Below are positions 1 through 11,425 of a stretch of DNA of 64,000 nucleotides, one piece after another; the stretch's first letter is position 1, and every line of letters starts with the position of its first letter. The notes under the pieces are model-generated. The model was not told where the DNA came from. It searched no databases and saw nothing but the letters and a program-made list of their open reading frames with translations. A program made the translations under genes and the position numbers. This DNA is from Nitrospirota bacterium (GTDB lineage Bacteria > Nitrospirota > JACRHJ01). The stretch lies in contig CAWJRJ010000016.1 in the NCBI GenBank assembly GCA_963845245.1, positions 168,756 through 232,755 on the forward strand, in the 5' to 3' direction.

Positions 1-1650
1 CACAAGGTTACTCCAATAATACACATGGACAACCTTTATGCTATGGAGATAGACCCGGACGAGGCGACGAGGGAATACAAGGAAGGCATTATCGGCCCGT
101 TCAGGGAAGTCATGCCGGAAGACGTTATCGCGTCCATGGAAGAGAACCTGAGCGGCCCCTGTACCACCGAGATGGCGTCCTTCGACAGGTTCATAGACTT
201 CATGGAGGACGACGATTACGATATCATAATATTCGATACCGCCCCCACAGGCCACACAATAAGGTTGCTTGAGCTACCGGTTGATTGGTCCAAGCACATC
301 GAGGAGGCCTCGAAAGGGAGTGGACAGACCTGTCTTGGGCCGGTCCAGTCCATCCAGGATTCCAAGGACAAGTATGACCGGGCGACAGCCCTTCTGAAGG
401 ACCCTGAAAAAACTACTTTCATATTCGTCATGCGGCCCGAGGAGCTTTCGCTCTATGAGACGCTAAGGGCTTCCAAGGAGCTTGAGACCATAGGCATCAA
501 GTCGGGCGAGATTATCATCAACGGTATATTGCCTCTGGAGGTCTGCAAGGCCGAGTTCTTCAAGAAGAAATATTGCAGGCAGCAGGTTGTGATGAAAAAG
601 GCGGAAGATACTATTGACAAGCCAAAACGCTATATGCTCCTCAGGGACAACGAGGTCAAGGGCGTCGAGGCGCTGAAAAGCGTGGCGGATGAACTGTTTT
701 ATGGCAAAAAAACGACCCTCGGCGCAGGTGGCAGGACATTATCTCTGCCGGAATCGACCATAGAAAGCCCCGATATAGACGCCCTTTTTCTGCCTGAAAG
801 CGGGGCTAAGGCTTTGTTTTTCACAGGCAAGGGAGGGGTTGGCAAAACAACCATTTCCTGTATAGTTGCGTTGTATATTGCACAAAAGGGTTTTAAAACC
901 CTTATAGTGACTACCGACCCTGCGGCACACCTCGGAGAAGTATTTGATGTCAAGGTGGGAAGCAAGCCGACAGAGATAACCAGCAACCTCCATGCGGTGA
1001 TGATAGACCAGGTTGAAGCGTTCAACGAATACAAGGAACAGGTACTTGAAGAGGCAAGGGGTAAGTATTCGGAGGACATGGTTGCCGCAATGGGAGAAGA
1101 ACTGAACTCTCCATGCACGGAAGAGATGGCTGCCTTCGACAAGTTTGCCCAGTACATCGAGAGCAGAGACTATGATGTAGTCGTATTCGATACCGCCCCA
1201 ACCGGTCACACGTTACGTCTCCTTGACCTGCCGTTCGATTATGCAAAGCAGGTCGAGATGATGGTTGCTACCAGCGAGAGTGCCGGGCTGAAAGAAACGT
1301 CGCAAAAGCGATTTGGTAAAATCATCCAGACCCTTAGAGACAAGCGAACAGTCTTCAGTGTCGTCCTGTACCCTGAATCCACGCCGATAATGGAATCTTA
1401 CCGCGCTATGCTGGATTTGAAGGAAGCGGGCATTGAGACACAGTTGGTCGTTGCCAATATGGTACTGCCGGAAGGTGCGTGCTCGAATGATTTTCTTTCT
1501 AACCGGCGGCAAATGCAGCTTAAGTACCTGAATGAGATCAAGGAGAGGTTCAACCTGCCGTTGCTTCAGTTCCCGTTGATGCAGGAGGAGATCAAGGGGC
1601 TTGACCGGCTGAAGGAGGCGGGCGCAGTCTTGCAAGGGTTGAAACGGTAG
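1..1650 (+). CDS. arsA: Arsenite-stimulated ATPase ArsA (5'-truncated by window edge)
   Basis: Frame is open from base 1. Two DTAPTGHT signatures, second P-loop GKGGVGKTT, and the GPCTTE/SPCTEE and GQTCLG metalloid-binding Cys motifs give the duplicated ArsA architecture. Confidence 0.93.
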   Translation, partial: HKVTPIIHMDNLYAMEIDPDEATREYKEGIIGPFREVMPEDVIASMEENLSGPCTTEMASFDRFIDFMEDDDYDIIIFDTAPTGHTIRLLELPVDWSKHIEEASKGSGQTCLGPVQSIQDSKDKYDRATALLKDPEKTTFIFVMRPEELSLYETLRASKELETIGIKSGEIIINGILPLEVCKAEFFKKKYCRQQVVMKKAEDTIDKPKRYMLLRDNEVKGVEALKSVADELFYGKKTTLGAGGRTLSLPESTIESPDIDALFLPESGAKALFFTGKGGVGKTTISCIVALYIAQKGFKTLIVTTDPAAHLGEVFDVKVGSKPTEITSNLHAVMIDQVEAFNEYKEQVLEEARGKYSEDMVAAMGEELNSPCTEEMAAFDKFAQYIESRDYDVVVFDTAPTGHTLRLLDLPFDYAKQVEMMVATSESAGLKETSQKRFGKIIQTLRDKRTVFSVVLYPESTPIMESYRAMLDLKEAGIETQLVVANMVLPEGACSNDFLSNRRQMQLKYLNEIKERFNLPLLQFPLMQEEIKGLDRLKEAGAVLQGLKR

Positions 1651-1713
1651 TGAAGTTGTAAATGTCGTTACATTTAATCGGCTACATATTCAACGCGGTA
1701 CTGTGAGGTAAAT

Positions 1714-1872
1714 ATGCTTACATGTCCGGTATGCGGCAGGGAACTTGAGGAAGAAGAAAAGAAGGAAGGCGGTTGGGATTGCCTTTGCGGTGAGTTCATA
1801 CCCGAGGGCATGGTCATCGACACGGAGAAGCTTGACTGCAAAGGCGGGTTTATAAAGCGTCCCTTGCATTAG
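1714..1872 (+). CDS. Small (52 aa) CPxCG zinc-ribbon-like protein, not in the ORF track
   Basis: Manual translation: MLTCPVCGRELEEEEKKEGGWDCLCGEFIPEGMVIDTEKLDCKGGFIKRPLH. GAGGT RBS just upstream; fills the gap between arsA and the next gene. Confidence 0.75.
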   Translation: MLTCPVCGRELEEEEKKEGGWDCLCGEFIPEGMVIDTEKLDCKGGFIKRPLH

Positions 1873-1896
1873 CATAACAAACTGAGGGGGGTTTGC

Positions 1897-2136
1897 ATGG
1901 AGATCAAAGTTTTGGGGCCCGGCTGCCCGAACTGCCACAAGATGCACGACATGGCGAAGAAGGCCGTGGCCGAATTGGGGGTCGACGCAAAAGTAGAATA
2001 TATAACGGACATTATGGAGATAATGAAGTACGTGATGTCCACGCCCGGACTTGTCGTAAATGAAAAGGTAAAACACGCAGGTAAACCGCTGCCTTCACCC
2101 GATAAGGTCAAGGCGCTCATACAGGAGGAGATTTAA
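1897..2136 (+). CDS. Small redox-active disulfide protein (thioredoxin family, ars-operon type)
   Basis: MEIKVLGPGCPNC...VMSTPGLVVNEKV is the typical pattern of this small thioredoxin family. Confidence 0.9.
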   Translation: MEIKVLGPGCPNCHKMHDMAKKAVAELGVDAKVEYITDIMEIMKYVMSTPGLVVNEKVKHAGKPLPSPDKVKALIQEEI

Positions 2137-2594
2137 TGAATAAGTTAAGAATAATCACTTTAGCTGCAATAATACTAGTTTGCTCTATCGGTATTGCCGC
2201 CGCAGGCACGGGCGAGTCGAAGGTTGAGGCCGCAAAGGCGAAAGGCATGCCGGTCTTCGTCGATGTCGGCAGGACGTCCTGCAAACCATGCAAGATGATG
2301 GTGCCCGTGCTTGACACCCTGACCAAGAAGTACAAGGGTAAGATGGAAGTGGTGTTCGTCCATTCGGATGAAGAACAGGCATACGCCCGCGAGCTGGGCG
2401 TTACGATGATACCGACCCAGATACTGCTTGATAAAAACGGCAAAGAAGTCTCGCGCCATGTAGGCTATATCCCGGTTGAAGACTGCGAAAAGATGATAGG
2501 CAACATTGCGGCTGTGGCTCCGGGTAAAGCAGGCGCTAAAGGGAAGGTTGATAACACCGGGAAAACGTGTGCTCCCGGGGCGATCTGTAAATGA
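2136..2594 (+). CDS. Exported thioredoxin-fold protein
   Basis: N-terminal signal-like segment, CKPC active site, IPT cis-Pro motif, extra C-terminal CAPGAIC. Confidence 0.85.
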   Translation: MNKLRIITLAAIILVCSIGIAAAGTGESKVEAAKAKGMPVFVDVGRTSCKPCKMMVPVLDTLTKKYKGKMEVVFVHSDEEQAYARELGVTMIPTQILLDKNGKEVSRHVGYIPVEDCEKMIGNIAAVAPGKAGAKGKVDNTGKTCAPGAICK

Positions 2595-3281
2595 GCTGGA
2601 GCGAGAGCATACCTGCCATAGTGCAGGGCCAGCCCCTGCTCGCGTTCGGCGCGTCCTTCCTTGGCGGGCTGCTGTCGGCAGCCAACCCGTGCGTGCTTGC
2701 GACCATCCCGCTCGTCATAGGATACGTAGGCGGCTATTCGGGCGGCGACAGGAAAAAAGCCCTGTTCTATTCACTGTCATTCATTTTCGGCCTCTCGGTG
2801 AACTTCACGCATATTGGGAGTTGCGGCGTCCGCGGTTGGACACCTGATGGGCAGCCTGGGCGTATGGATGTATGTGTTCGTCGCCGTGGTGGCCGTCGTG
2901 ATGGGGCTCTCGCTTATGGGCCTCTTTGAGATGCCGACATTGGTCAAGAGCGACATAAGGCCGAAGACCAGAGGGCTTCTTGGCGCGTTCATGATGGGCT
3001 TCATATTCGGTGTCGTCTCCTCGCCCTGCGCGACCCCGGTCTTAGCTGTTATAATTACATATGTAGCCTCGGAAGGCAGGGTGCTCTACGGTGGTGCACT
3101 CCTTTTTGTGTACGCCCTCGGCCACTGTGTTCTGATATTAGCGGCTGGAGTATCCGTTGGTTTTGTCAACGGCTTCATAAACTCGAAAGGGCTGGTCGCG
3201 GCGTCAGGCTATATCAAGAAGGCGAGCGGAGCGCTGTTGGTCGGCGTTGGCGGATATGTAGCCTATGTTAACATCTTTTAG
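2591..3281 (+). CDS. ccdA: CcdA/DsbD-beta transmembrane electron transporter (frameshift near 2805)
   Basis: NPCVL and SPCATPVL conserved Cys motifs in two overlapping frames (2591-2929, 2814-3281); hydrophobic helices. Confidence 0.85.
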
Positions 3282-3344
3282 GGTGCATGTATAACGTAAC
3301 GGTTCTTGGTGACATATATGGAAAAGAGAAAAGGGAAATCTTAA

Positions 3345-4472
3345 ATGAACGAGCTTAAACTTAAACTTCAACCGGCGAAAGATCTGGCATTGTCGCCGTG
3401 CTCTTGCTCAAGCAGTACTGCAAAGATGATGCCACCTGCTTGGGTCGTCGGCACTGTCAATACCCCGGTGGGGACTGTCCAAAAAGTCACAACCGAGATC
3501 AGCCAGTCTGAGCGCTGGGAACATATAAAATGCAGGGCCACCGCCTTCAGGAACAGCTATACGGTCCCGCCAGGACTGTATGCCGTCGGTGCACCAGACA
3601 AGGACTCCCATGTCCTTGTGAGCGCCAATTACAAGCTCAGTTTCGATCTGCTCAGACGTGAACTGAAAGGATTGAATGTCTGGATACTTGTCCTCGACAC
3701 AAAGGGGATCAATGTTTGGTGCGCGGCGGGGAAGGGCACCTTCGGGACTGATGAACTGGTCCGTCGTATTTTATTGAATCATCTGGACAAGGTGGTAGAC
3801 CACAGGAAGGTTATCGTCCCACAGCTCGGCGCGCCGGGTGTCAGCGCCCACAAGGTAAAACAGGCAGCTGGTTTCAGGGTCCTCTATGGGCCTGTAAACG
3901 CCAAAGATATCCCCGCCTATATTGCGGCCGATTGCAAGGCTTCAAGGGAGATGCGCACCGTCGGTTTCAGTGCCAAAGACCGGTTTGTCCTGACGCCCAT
4001 GGAGATCAACCCCGCGATGAAGAAATATCCCATCTATGCCCTGCTTGTGCTCGGCATCTTCGGACTTCAACCATCAGGGATAATCTTTAAAGATGCCGTG
4101 AATTCCGGGTTCCCGCTTCTAGTCTTCGGCCTCGTTGCGGTTCTGGCGGGGGCATTCTTGACCCCTGTCTTTCTTCCGTTTGTCCCTTTCAGATCTTTTG
4201 CAATAAAGGGCTGGATCGTAGGCATGTTCACAACCGTTATAGCCGTGCAACTGTTCAGTCCTATGAATGAGACGCTAGTGTTCTTCACCTACATCTTCTT
4301 CCCGCTGGTAAGCTCTTATATAGCCTTGCAGTTTACGGGCTCGACGACGTTCACCGGGATGTCAGGGGTCAATAAAGAACTTAGGACCGCGATACCCGTG
4401 TATATGTTCTTTGGGGTGGTTTCAATCCTGGTTTTGACTGTGTTTAAGCTTAACCAGTGGGGTGTGCTATGA
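3345..4472 (+). CDS. hgcA: Mercury methylation corrinoid protein HgcA
   Basis: Cap-helix motif GINVWCAAGKGTFG, C-terminal transmembrane region with FTGSTTFT, immediately followed by an hgcB-type ferredoxin. Confidence 0.97.
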   Translation: MNELKLKLQPAKDLALSPCSCSSSTAKMMPPAWVVGTVNTPVGTVQKVTTEISQSERWEHIKCRATAFRNSYTVPPGLYAVGAPDKDSHVLVSANYKLSFDLLRRELKGLNVWILVLDTKGINVWCAAGKGTFGTDELVRRILLNHLDKVVDHRKVIVPQLGAPGVSAHKVKQAAGFRVLYGPVNAKDIPAYIAADCKASREMRTVGFSAKDRFVLTPMEINPAMKKYPIYALLVLGIFGLQPSGIIFKDAVNSGFPLLVFGLVAVLAGAFLTPVFLPFVPFRSFAIKGWIVGMFTTVIAVQLFSPMNETLVFFTYIFFPLVSSYIALQFTGSTTFTGMSGVNKELRTAIPVYMFFGVVSILVLTVFKLNQWGVL

Positions 4473-4771
4473 AATATCTCGCAAATGTGACGACCATTTC
4501 TGTGGTTCCGGAAAAATGTACAGGCTGCGGCATGTGCCTGGATGTCTGCCCGCATAACGTGCTTGCGCTCAAGGACAAGAAGGCCGTCATCGTCGACAGG
4601 GACGGGTGCATGGAATGCGGAGCTTGTGCGTCCAACTGCGCTTTTGGAGCAGTGAACGTAGACAAGGGAGTCGGTTGTGCTGCCGCCATTATCAACAGCA
4701 TTATCTACGGCGGCGAGCCGACCTGTGGCTGCGATACTAACACCGGCTCCGGCTCCGGCGGGTGCTGCTGA
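4469..4771 (+). CDS. hgcB: Mercury methylation 2[4Fe-4S] ferredoxin HgcB
   Basis: CTGCGMCLDVCP and CMECGACASNC clusters, GVGC, terminal CC; ATGA overlap with the hgcA stop. Confidence 0.96.
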   Translation: MKYLANVTTISVVPEKCTGCGMCLDVCPHNVLALKDKKAVIVDRDGCMECGACASNCAFGAVNVDKGVGCAAAIINSIIYGGEPTCGCDTNTGSGSGGCC

Positions 4772-4789
4772 TACGCAGGGGATCCATTC

Positions 4790-5506
4790 ATGAAAATCGC
4801 GGTATTCGGGGACATACACGGAAACATCGAGGCGCTCAAGGCAGCCTATGACGCCGCAGCCGATGCCGGTGTTGACAGAATGTACCATCTAGGCGACCTT
4901 GGCGGTTATGCGCCTTTCATAAACGAGGTGGCGGACTTTCTGGTCGAACACAATATCGAGGGCGTGCAGGGCAACTACGACGAGACAGTAGGATTCGACC
5001 GCGAACACTGTGGCTGCCGGTATGAAGACCAGGTCCAGGCAGAGATGATGGACGCGGGCTTTAACTGGACGAAGGCCCATGCTACACAGAAGACCATAAA
5101 ATATTTAAAAGCGCTTCCGGCCGAGATCTCCTTTCTGTGCAGGGGGCGAATAATAAAACTGTTCCATGCCACTCCGACGAAGAACAACCTGTACTGGACT
5201 GAGGAGCGGGACGAGAAGTTCTTCCGGGAGATGTCGCAGAAGGCGCATGCGGACGTAATGGTTTACGGGCATACCCACAAGCCGTACAGGCGTGACCTGG
5301 ACGGTAAGGTCTTCATAAACGCGGGGAGCGTAGGCAAACCCAAGGACGGAGACACCAGGGCATGCCTGGCTGTTATAGAGATAGACGAGACGAAAGTGGT
5401 GTCATCGTTTGTCAGGGTCCAGTATGACTTGGAGAAGACTGCCAAGGCTATAATCGAAAGCGGCATGCCCGCATATTTTGCCGAGAGGCTGCACGAGGGC
5501 AGATAG
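4790..5506 (+). CDS. Calcineurin-like metallophosphoesterase (YfcE-like)
   Basis: DIHGN, GDLGGY, GNYD, GHTH and NAGSVG motifs; extra HCGC motif. Confidence 0.9.
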   Translation: MKIAVFGDIHGNIEALKAAYDAAADAGVDRMYHLGDLGGYAPFINEVADFLVEHNIEGVQGNYDETVGFDREHCGCRYEDQVQAEMMDAGFNWTKAHATQKTIKYLKALPAEISFLCRGRIIKLFHATPTKNNLYWTEERDEKFFREMSQKAHADVMVYGHTHKPYRRDLDGKVFINAGSVGKPKDGDTRACLAVIEIDETKVVSSFVRVQYDLEKTAKAIIESGMPAYFAERLHEGR

Positions 5507-5534
5507 TAGAATAAGTTTCTTCAAACGTTAAACA

Positions 5535-5567
5535 AAGCCCGGTGGCGAGATGCCTCCGGGTTTTTTG
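5535..5567 (+). terminator. Intrinsic terminator closing the ars-hgc operon
   Basis: CCCGGTGGC-gaga-TGCCTCCGGG stem followed by a T6 tract. Confidence 0.75.
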
Positions 5568-5696
5568 TGTCCTGATTTAAATCATTTTTTTTGATGAGAC
5601 ACATTAAGGAATTTCAATTAGTTCTGTTGTAAACTTCAAATCATGAATACAGGGGAGTTATAAACTCAAATATCAACACAAACGGAGGGAATTAAA

Positions 5697-5981
5697 ATGA
5701 AGAAGTTCATAATGACAGCAGCCGCAGCAAGCATGATCGCATCATCCGCAATAATGGCATATGCATCAGACTCGATTGATCCGATGGGCAAGGCCGCAAT
5801 AGCCATTGCAAAACCGGCCACGAAGGTTGTCTATGTAACGGAGAACGAAGTCAGTCTTGACAGCATTGGTCTCTTCACTGCATCGGCGCCAGTGGTAACC
5901 CATGCGGTCGCGTCTGCAAAGCAGGATAAGACGGATAAGATCTGCCTCGACAGCATCTGCAGGATCGACCTAAAGATGTAA
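5697..5981 (+). CDS. Small exported hypothetical protein
   Basis: GGAGG RBS, Sec-type signal peptide (MKKFIMTAAAAS...AYA), own terminator. Confidence 0.7.
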   Translation: MKKFIMTAAAASMIASSAIMAYASDSIDPMGKAAIAIAKPATKVVYVTENEVSLDSIGLFTASAPVVTHAVASAKQDKTDKICLDSICRIDLKM

Positions 5982-6001
5982 TACTCCAAGACCTGATATA
6001 T

Positions 6002-6029
6002 AAAAAGGCGCCTTTTCGGCGCCTTTTTT
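6002..6029. terminator. Bidirectional terminator
   Basis: AAAAAGGCGCC-tttc-GGCGCCTTTTTT between convergent genes. Confidence 0.85.
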
Positions 6030-6033
6030 GTTT

Positions 6034-6552
6034 CTAAGGGGAGACATCTGTCGCGCCATCCGAAACGGACGACTCATCGTCGTCGGGACCAGGCTCCTCT
6101 TCTGTAATTTCCTCGGCATCATCTTCGACCGCTGGTTGGCCACCATCGCTCACTCCGGGGCTGGTCCCACCATGCGCGGTCAGAGGGTCGAGTGAAGCCG
6201 AGGGAGGGGCGGGAACCTGCGGGGTTGCCGCCTGAGCGGGTTGTGGTTGCGTGGGTTGTGGTTGAGCTGGGGGTGGCGCAGCCGCTGCCGGGTCTGGTTT
6301 AAGCAGCTCACCCGTCGACGAGAAATTCGACACCTTGCCATCCTGGTTGGTAACGGAATTAACCAGAGAGAGCGGGAAAGATGCATACCCTTCCTTGAAC
6401 TTGACGTTTAACTTGTTACCCTCCACCTTGCAGTCCTCAGCCTGAAGTACCTCACCGTTTTGCAGATTTATATTATAATAGGCATGAGAAGGTATTGGTA
6501 CAAGAACAGCCAGGAAGAATATGGTTGTGAAAATCAATGACTTCATAGACAT
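6034..6552 (-). CDS. Exported hypothetical protein with Pro/Gln-rich linker and acidic tail
   Basis: Signal peptide ending SHA, small beta domain, PAQPQPTQPQP linker; start codon uncertain. Confidence 0.65.
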   Translation of the reverse strand: MSMKSLIFTTIFFLAVLVPIPSHAYYNINLQNGEVLQAEDCKVEGNKLNVKFKEGYASFPLSLVNSVTNQDGKVSNFSSTGELLKPDPAAAAPPPAQPQPTQPQPAQAATPQVPAPPSASLDPLTAHGGTSPGVSDGGQPAVEDDAEEITEEEPGPDDDESSVSDGATDVSP

Positions 6553-6632
6553 AAATATACCACAGACACGTGTCATTATCCAGCAAGTTTAACGCCTGGA
6601 GTATGTCAACGTTTATAATTCTGGCTAAGATG

Positions 6633-6663
6633 ACTTGACAACGTTGTTATCAAGTTATATACT
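6633..6663 (+). promoter_or_regulatory. Sigma70 promoter overlapped by a HAIR-like HspR operator
   Basis: TTGACA(6635-6640)-N17-TATACT(6658-6663); ACTTGA-N11-TCAAGT inverted repeat (6633-6655) has the spacing of HAIR CTTGAGT-N7-ACTCAAG. Confidence 0.8.
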
Positions 6664-6696
6664 ATTATGCATATAAAGACAATAAAGGAGGAAGAC

Positions 6697-7113
6697 ATGA
6701 AAATAGTGAAATGGGACCCTTTCAAGCATGTGATGATGGTTGACGATTATTTCGACCTGAACGAAGGGCAGATGGACAGGCCCAGGACGTGGGCGCCCGC
6801 TGTGGACGTATACGAGACCGACAAGGAAATAGTTCTGACCGCGGAGCTCCCTGGCGTACATCAGGCGGATATATCGCTCATGGTGCATGACAACGTGCTC
6901 ACGCTGAAGGGGGACCGCCGCTTTGAAAGGGATGTCAAACAAGAGAATTTTTACAGGATAGAACGCAACTATGGCTTTTTTTGCCGGAAGTTCACCATGC
7001 CTTGCGAGGTTGAAAACGACAATATCAGCGCCGTTTTCCAGGATGGTGTGCTGAAGGTGACTGTACCAAAGGCGGCTACCTCCAAAAAGATACATGTAAA
7101 GATAAAGTCGTGA
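6697..7113 (+). CDS. Hsp20/alpha-crystallin small heat shock protein
   Basis: [40 protein letters not shown] before ATG 6697. Confidence 0.93.
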   Translation: MKIVKWDPFKHVMMVDDYFDLNEGQMDRPRTWAPAVDVYETDKEIVLTAELPGVHQADISLMVHDNVLTLKGDRRFERDVKQENFYRIERNYGFFCRKFTMPCEVENDNISAVFQDGVLKVTVPKAATSKKIHVKIKS

Positions 7114-7126
7114 TGGGAGCAATCAG

Positions 7127-8299
7127 ATGGCTGTAACCAAGGACTATTACGAGCTGCTTGGCCTTTCCCGCAGCGCGGACGTCAAGGAGATAAAGAAGGC
7201 CTACCGCAAGCTTGCGCGCAAGTATCACCCGGACGTCAACCCGGGCGACAAGGAATCCGAGCGAAAATTCAAGGAGATAGGCGAGGCCTACGAGGTCCTG
7301 AACGACCCAAAAAAGAAAGAGATGTACGACCGGTTCGGCAGCGCGGCATTTGAGCAGGGTTTTGGCCAGAACGCGGGTGCGGCCGGAGCCGGCCAGGGGT
7401 ACGGCGGCTATCAGGGTGGCTATCATGGTTACGGCGGGTACAGCCCGGAGGACTTTGCGGGGTACGGCCAGGGCGTGGACTACTCGGATGTATTCGGCGA
7501 TATCTTCGGAGCCAGGGCGCAACCTGTAGGCCCGAGGAAGGGGCAGGACTCGCAGTATGCCATGGAGTTGAGCCTGGAAGACGCAATCTTCGGCACTACT
7601 ACACAGCTTAACGTCAGGAGGGAAGTCGCCTGCCAGGTCTGTGGCGGCACCGGTGTAAGCCCGGGCAGTGCCAGCACGACCTGCCCTGACTGTAAGGGGA
7701 CAGGCAGGTTGAAGGCATCCAAGGGTTTCTTCAATATGGCCCAGACCTGCCAGAGGTGCGGTGGCACCGGCAAGGTCAACCCGAACCCGTGCAAGATATG
7801 CAGGGGCAGGGGCACCGTACCGAAAACGGAACAGCTCTCCGTAAAGATCCCGGCCGGGGTGGACAACGGCTCCAAGGTGCGGCTCGCCGGTAAGGGAGGC
7901 GCGGGTGTCAACGGTGGCCCGCCGGGCGACCTCTATATTATAACCAGGATATTGCCGCACCCGTTTTTTGAGAGAAGGGGCGACAACCTATACTGTGAAG
8001 TTCCAGTCACCTATACAGAGGCGGCGCTCGGCGCAAAGGTGGACATACCCACCAAGGACGGGGTCGTGACGATGACGATACCGCCCGGTACGCAGCCGGA
8101 CCAGGAACTGAGGCTTCGCGGCAAGGGTGTGCCTCATTTCGGCGGGAGCGGGGTTGGTGACCAATACGTTAAGATCAAGGTGGTGGTCCCGGCCAACCCG
8201 ACGGACAAGGTCAGGGAACTCCTGCATGAGCTGGATAAGGCGCAGCCCTTGAACCCGAGGGCAGGGATTGCATTCAAGGGGTTCAGGAGGGGAAGATGA
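7127..8299 (+). CDS. dnaJ: Chaperone DnaJ
   Basis: J-domain with HPD, G/F-rich region, four CxxCxGxG repeats, C-terminal domain. Confidence 0.96.
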   Translation: MAVTKDYYELLGLSRSADVKEIKKAYRKLARKYHPDVNPGDKESERKFKEIGEAYEVLNDPKKKEMYDRFGSAAFEQGFGQNAGAAGAGQGYGGYQGGYHGYGGYSPEDFAGYGQGVDYSDVFGDIFGARAQPVGPRKGQDSQYAMELSLEDAIFGTTTQLNVRREVACQVCGGTGVSPGSASTTCPDCKGTGRLKASKGFFNMAQTCQRCGGTGKVNPNPCKICRGRGTVPKTEQLSVKIPAGVDNGSKVRLAGKGGAGVNGGPPGDLYIITRILPHPFFERRGDNLYCEVPVTYTEAALGAKVDIPTKDGVVTMTIPPGTQPDQELRLRGKGVPHFGGSGVGDQYVKIKVVVPANPTDKVRELLHELDKAQPLNPRAGIAFKGFRRGR

Positions 8300-8688
8300 C
8301 CGAGAGGGAAAAAGCGGTTTACATGATAAGCGTGGTCTCCGAGCTTCTTGGGGTACACCCCCAGACGCTCAGGCTCTATGAACGGGAAGGCTTCGTGCGG
8401 CCAAGCCGCACCGAGGGCGGCGTCAGGCTTTATTCCCAGGGGGACGTCGAGCAGATAAGGATGGTGCTCAGGCTTACGCGCGAGCTTGGCGTCAACCTTG
8501 CCGGTGTCGAGGTAATACTTTCCATGCGCGAGAAGATGGAAAAGCTCCAGGAAGAGATGGAGAAGAGCATGGAGGAGATGCGCGAGGAGTTCATGGCGGA
8601 GTTGACCCGGCGTCAGGAGATGACGAAGAACCCTCTGGTCAAGGTCAAGCCCGGCAGGATTATAAAGATCAAAAATACTGAGAAGTAA
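8296..8688 (+). CDS. hspR: MerR-family heat-shock repressor HspR
   Basis: [24 protein letters not shown] and LGVNLAGV motifs; located between dnaJ and clpB. Confidence 0.9.
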   Translation: MTEREKAVYMISVVSELLGVHPQTLRLYEREGFVRPSRTEGGVRLYSQGDVEQIRMVLRLTRELGVNLAGVEVILSMREKMEKLQEEMEKSMEEMREEFMAELTRRQEMTKNPLVKVKPGRIIKIKNTEK

Positions 8689-8706
8689 CCGTTTTTGGAG
8701 GTTGTT

Positions 8707-11311
<2,605 letters not shown>

Positions 11312-11312
11312 T

Positions 11313-11345
11313 AAAAAAGCCCGCAACGAAAGTTGGGGGCTTTCA
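11313..11345 (+). terminator. clpB terminator hairpin
   Basis: AAAAAAGCCCGCAAC-GAAA-GTTGGGGGCTTT. Confidence 0.75.
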
Positions 11346-11353
11346 TTTAGCAC

Positions 11354-11425
11354 GTCATTCCCGCGAAGGCGGGAATCCAGCGACTTTGTTTTTTTGGGGG
11401 TCATTATGAGCTCAGCCGAAGAATC
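11354..11425. repeat. REP-like palindromic elements
   Basis: GTCATTCCCGCGAAGGCGGGAATCCAG (ATTCCC-N8-GGGAAT) at 11354-11380 and GTCATTATGAGCTCAGCCGAAGAATC at 11400-11425; a related TGAGCGAAGCCGAAGAATC lies at 17594-17612. Confidence 0.65.

Noticed and set aside
3345..4472. Acetyl-CoA synthase corrinoid subunit (CdhE/AcsC) instead of HgcA
   Set aside because: The NVWCAAGK cap helix, C-terminal TM domain and adjacent CC-tailed ferredoxin are HgcAB hallmarks.
1897..4771. Selenocysteine read-through in the redox or hgc genes
   Set aside because: Catalytic positions are ordinary Cys codons and the TGA codons fall at expected gene ends.
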